From Octopus vulgaris (lineage: Eukaryota): a DNA stretch of 64,000 nt. The notes beneath the pieces are model-generated. The model made no database searches, was not told where the DNA came from, and saw nothing but the letters and a program-made list of their open reading frames with translations. Where the stretch lies: assembly GCA_951406725.2 (NCBI GenBank), contig OX597836.1:41168001-41232000 (forward strand). The letters run 5' to 3'. Positions within the stretch are counted from its first letter, which is position 1. Every line of letters begins with the position of its first letter. Positions 58,405 to 64,000 of the stretch are shown here, piece by piece. A program made the position numbers and the translations under genes.

Positions 58405-58725
58405 AGTATGTTTGCCTTCTGTGCCAACCTGTACAATCGCCAAAATAGGCTGAATGTTCACTCAGCTATGCTAAATAATCCGCATCAAAATGCCTTCACA
58501 CCGATTGTCCCATTTCGCGCCAAGGTAAGCAAGCTAACGAACTATTTCCTTCTATATGAAACTGGTAGAAAACTCATAAGCAAAAGAGAGTCGAAACGAC
58601 AAGTACAAAATTTATGTGACCCAACGGTAGAAAAGCTATGGGAACATCATCACATATCGACATAGTAAAATTTTCCAGGTATTATTTCTCTGAACAGAGA
58701 TGCATATTTGTAAGAGGATTGTGTG

Positions 58726-58786
<61 letters not shown>

Positions 58787-59006
58787 ATAAACACACACAC
58801 ATATACATATACATGTGTATATATATATATATATATCTATCTATCTATCTATATATATATATATATATTAAAAACATATATACATATATGGGATGGACGC
58901 TTCGATTTTGTGTTGGTGTCCCACTCTGTCGTACGCGACTATGAGGATTCGCATCCCCAACGTAAAACTTATAATGTAATACATCTCCTTGAAGTAGTAA
59001 TTGTAC

Positions 59007-59084
59007 GTGGCTGAAGAAGGCTATAGACACACATTATGCATTGTTATAAAACCGTCTAATAAAGGCTCGAAACACATGTACCGC
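59007..59084 (+). ncRNA. Type I hammerhead with long stem II (family I; element ~58870-59200)
   Basis: GTGG-CTGAAGA-AGGCT a TAGAC...GTCTA ataaa GGCTC-GAA-ACA ca TGT-A-CCGC. Confidence 0.65.
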
Positions 59085-59197
59085 TGAATCCTTGGCATCA
59101 TGTTTTTATTTTGATTAATATACTCTATCACCTACACCATCAAATGGTATATACAGGTGCTTACAATTATCAAGTATTCACCCTGAATTTTTGTACC

Positions 59198-59252
<55 letters not shown>

Positions 59253-59269
59253 CATATATATACATATAT

Positions 59270-59317
<48 letters not shown>

Positions 59318-59329
59318 ACATATATATAT

Positions 59330-59382
<53 letters not shown>

Positions 59383-59384
<2 letters not shown>

Positions 59385-59498
59385 GGGAGAGTTTACGAAA
59401 AAAACAAAAGACGAAGACAGGTGGTGTACAAAACAAACAGATATATTAGTATAACGCTCAGGAACAGAAAAAGTATTTTACGTTTCGAGCCTACGCTC

Positions 59499-59502
<4 letters not shown>
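59383..59502 (-). mobile_element. Family G element, truncated inside the hammerhead core, in (TA)n
   Basis: Homology to 45286-45410. Confidence 0.7.
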
Positions 59503-59538
<36 letters not shown>

Positions 59539-59681
59539 GTATATGGAAGATAGTTGTCGGCAGCATAAGAACGTTATTGAGATTTTCCTACACAAAATAC
59601 CGCCACAAATTTTAAAGCCATCAGAAAGTACTGAAATCTGTTATTGAAAGATCGATTTATCAGCTGGATTAATTCAATATT

Positions 59682-59778
<97 letters not shown>

Positions 59779-59877
59779 GATCGATCTCTTTGTATGCCTG
59801 TTCCTCTGTCAAATTTATATCAACCAACATACATACACAAAACACACAACACGTTTCTCTTTCTCTCTCTTTATGCC

Positions 59878-59963
<86 letters not shown>

Positions 59964-60122
59964 GACAGACATATATGTTCTTAGTAGAACACATACACAC
60001 ACACATATATCTACACATATACATATGTATAAGTGCGCGTGGTGCGTATGTATGTATATAATTACCTCTCACCCACTCACTCACTCACCACACACTCTCT
60101 GTCTCTCTCACACACACATGGA

Positions 60123-60159
<37 letters not shown>

Positions 60160-60248
60160 TTATATATCTGTGTACATATATATTTGTATATACATATATG
60201 TATGAATATATATATATATATATATATATCTTATTATATATATGTATA

Positions 60249-60395
<147 letters not shown>

Positions 60396-61070
60396 TAGAT
60401 AACTTTGATATGTTTGGACCAAAGATTGGTCCGGGGCCATGTCTAACTTAATAGCACAACCTGATAGGATTATCTAAATCCATTTTTAAGTCAAGTTTTG
60501 TGGTATCATGTCCCATTCAAGTGGGGGAGCTCTTGGCGTGTCAGTTGTATCTAGGTACACACACACACACACACACACACACGTGGACTTTCCTGTACAC
60601 ACATATGCCCCCTCTCCGCCCCACAAACATACATACCACCGCAATAGATGCTGGTGCCTTACACAACGTATAAATTCATCAAATACACGTTAGAAAAATG
60701 ACATGTACTTCAACGCGATAAACAGACCACACATCTCCTCTATTTTGCACCTTACTTCTAAGGGGTATCTAAACAACCCCTTAGAATCAATGCGTCCTAT
60801 ATGTTCACTCGGTGCACAAGGACTAGATACTAACTGACCGTGCATACTGGAGCCGTTTAGTTCATTCTCCTTTCAACCAATATCGAAGCCGGATTTAGTT
60901 GAGCCGTGAAACTTGAGAGGAACTTAGTAGAACATAACAGCGTTAATGAGTAACCTATTCTGAAGGTTTATGGGTTTATATACCACTCACGGTTATCTTA
61001 AATTGCCTTCTTGAGATATCGTGGGAGCCGCTACGGGTACACAAGGTCTCTAGGCTATAACACGGGTGAC

Positions 61071-61485
61071 GTGGCAGCGAGCTGGCAGAACCGTTAGCAC
61101 GCCGGGCGAAATGCGTAGCCGTATTTCGTCTGCCGTTACGTTCTGAGTTCAAATTCCGTCGAGGTCGACTTTGCCTTTCATCCTTTCGGGGTCGATAAAT
61201 TAAGTACCAGTTACGCACTGGGGTCGATGTAATCGACTTAATCCCTTTGTCTGTCCTTGTTTATCCCCTCAATGTTTAGCCCCTTGTGGGTAGTAAGCAA
61301 ATAGGTATTTCGTCTGCCGCTACGTTCTGAGTTCAAATTCCGCCGAGCTCGACTTTGCCTTTCATCCCTTCGGGATCGATTAAATAAGTACCAGTTACGC
61401 ACTGGTGTCGATGTAATCGACTTAATCCGTTTATCTGTCCTTGTTTGTCCCCACTCTGTTTAGCCACCTGTGTGTAGTAAAGAAA
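61071..61485 (+). mobile_element. SINE S3 head plus 2 tandem units
   Basis: Homology to S3. Confidence 0.88.
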
Positions 61486-61630
61486 CATATACCAGGGGTG
61501 ACTTAAAATTGAAATAGAATACTAATGGTTATCGTTACTTGATATAGGAAGATGGGATGTCATCATAAGTTCTTTGGTTCAACTGAAGGATTTTAATCAT
61601 GGATCTGATCTGTCTGATGCAACAGGGGTG

Positions 61631-61632
<2 letters not shown>

Positions 61633-61709
<77 letters not shown>

Positions 61710-61792
61710 AACAACAACAGCAACAACAACAGCAGCAGCAGCAGCAACAGCAACAACAGCAACAGCAACAGCAACAGCATCAGCATCATCAT

Positions 61793-61833
<41 letters not shown>

Positions 61834-61837
61834 GCAG
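61633..61837. repeat. (CAA)/(CAG)/(CAT) compound trinucleotide tract abutting an S2 head
   Basis: Direct reading. Confidence 0.92.
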
Positions 61838-62384
61838 GGAGGCGCAATGGCCCAGTGGTTAGGGCAGCGGACACGCGGTTTCGATTCCCAGACCGGGCGT
61901 TGTTATTTATAAATTTAACCTTTAAAGGTACTTTATAATATGCTGGCGATTGACAAAACTTGTTTTCGAAAAATTTTATCCTATATTATATATATATATA
62001 TATATGAGGGGCTTCTTTCACCGTCTACTAAATCCACTCACAAGGCTTTGGTCGGCCTGAGGTTATAGCAGAAGACACTTGTCCAAGATGCCATGCCACG
62101 CAGTGGGACTGAACCCAGAACCATGAGGTTGGGAAGTAAGCTTCTTACTACACAGCTACGCCTGCGCCTGTAATGACAATAATAATCCTTTTTACTATAA
62201 GCACAAAATCTGGGGGAGGCGGATACTTATTTCATCGAACCCGAAAGGATGGAAAGTAAAGCCGACCTCGGCAGAATTTGAACTTAGAACCTAAAGACGG
62301 ACCAAACACTTATCCCGGCGTGCTAACGATTCTGCCTGATAGGATTATATATATATATACATACATATATATATATATACACAA

Positions 62385-62451
<67 letters not shown>

Positions 62452-62452
62452 C

Positions 62453-62598
<146 letters not shown>

Positions 62599-62619
62599 AT
62601 ATATTTATATTTATATATA

Positions 62620-62878
62620 TATAAAAACAATTGCAGCGTAAGGTGTTTGTATATATACTTCAATATTTAAGTTTAATTTGTCAAAATATTTTCGTCTCTA
62701 TAAGACCGCCACCTACTGAGATGCAGCACGGATATAACAGGTATATTTTGACAAATTAAACTTAAATATAACGGGTTTTGTGTGTTTCTTAAATGGCTAC
62801 AAACACCTTCCTCGCTGCAATTGTTTTCGTTCCAGCACACGATCTCAGATCAAATCACTTGCTATAAGTACATCTCCG

Positions 62879-62880
<2 letters not shown>
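62620..62880. mobile_element. IR element family L between (TA)n tracts, with a half hammerhead
   Basis: Arms 62663-62689 / 62743-62769; minus strand GTC ttataga GAC-GAA-AATATT-T, core missing. Confidence 0.5.
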
Positions 62881-62953
<73 letters not shown>

Positions 62954-62964
62954 CATATACAAAT

Positions 62965-63276
62965 ATAATCACATGACATGATCACATGACTGACCAGACT
63001 ATCAGATGTTGCTACGCATCGCTGGTCACAATGCGCTTCGCATTGTTTTAGCCTTCGAATGACGCCACCCCGCTGGCTAAGCGAGTAGGCCAACAGAAGA
63101 AAGAGTGAGAGAAAGTTGCGGCGAAAGAGTGCAGCAGGGATCACCACCACCCTCTGCCGGAGCCTCGTCGAGCTTTAAGTGTTTTTGCTCAATAAAGACT
63201 CAGAATGCCAGGTGTTGGGGTCGAAACCGCAATCCTACGACCGCGAGTCCGCTGCCCTAACCACTGGGCCATTGCG

Positions 63277-63280
<4 letters not shown>
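62965..63280 (-). mobile_element. SINE S2 with tail type 3
   Basis: Homology to 37421-37690. Confidence 0.88.
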
Positions 63281-63327
<47 letters not shown>

Positions 63328-63889
63328 CATACACAGGGTGTATCACAACTCGCGCACTATTTTGATTTTCATTAAAAATAATTGACGCAATTTATTTTAT
63401 TTTATTTTTTCTAATTTATTTTAATATATTCAATTTATTTATTTTTTATCTTTCGGATTGAATTTAAGTTTATAATAAACTAATAAACTAAGAGTAGAAG
63501 AAGGAGTTCAAATTGTTTTCATGTTTGAGGTCGAATGTTCGAGTCTCGGGTCACCAATTGTAACAGAATGAGAGGTCCCCGCACTGGATGGGTGCAGCTC
63601 GCATCCTTTACATTAAATATTAATCGAAGGAAAGAGTCAGGAATATTTAACTTCAGCCGTATAAATATTTATTTCTTGATTCGCAATATATATATTTTCT
63701 TCTTTCTGAGTGAATCGGCAGCCTAGGAGCTTCTTGCAGTAGTCAAGTGGAGTGAGCCAAATCCTGTCCGTTCAAGCATAGCGGAGATACACCACAAGGT
63801 AGCAGCTTGAGAGAGCTAATAAAACACGACTGTCTTGTTCAGCTGCCAGCGTTTGAGAGAGCAATACGAGGGAATTTCGCTGCTGCTAG

Positions 63890-64000
63890 TTTTCTGTGCA
63901 TGCGCATGAGGGAACTTCTGGCAGGCCTCCCGGAAGACTCCAACTCTGCGCATGCGTGCTGGAGATTTCCAAGATGGCGTCGCTACAAGTGCAATGTATT
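63890..64000 (+). promoter_or_regulatory. Likely housekeeping-gene promoter: two NRF1-type sites, ETS site, YY1 site overlapping a possible start codon
   Basis: TGCATGCGCA 63897-63906, CCGGAAG 63930-63936, TGCGCATGCG 63947-63956, CAAGATGGCG 63970-63979 (ATG 63974, MASLQVQCI...). Confidence 0.6.

Noticed and set aside
61574-61912. PolyQ/polyH protein
   Set aside because: The trinucleotide tract runs directly into a SINE head

Overview
AT-rich, gene-poor eukaryotic DNA, almost certainly from an octopus. This is inferred from the four tRNA-derived SINE families and the extreme (TA)n/(TATC)n/(TATG)n density. Bases 1-10815 are a G/T-skewed 20-bp satellite. The rest is a mosaic of microsatellites, SINEs, non-autonomous Helitrons and decayed DD37D Tc1/mariner, mariner-MITE, piggyBac, RTE and HERO fragments, ending in a likely housekeeping-gene promoter. 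Nearly all ORFs in the supplied track are microsatellite artefacts. The main hidden signal is RNA structure. About a dozen unrelated short elements, mostly embedded in (TA)n tracts, carry hand-foldable type I hammerhead ribozyme (HHR) motifs. They include perfect twin-hammerhead palindromes, a 432-bp retrozyme-like unit with a terminal direct repeat, and core variants (U3-A8, A6U, A13C). The 3' UTR of a HERO retrotransposon also contains every hammerhead part in a non-circularly permuted, pseudoknotted order. All folds were done by eye, and no cleavage activity is demonstrated.
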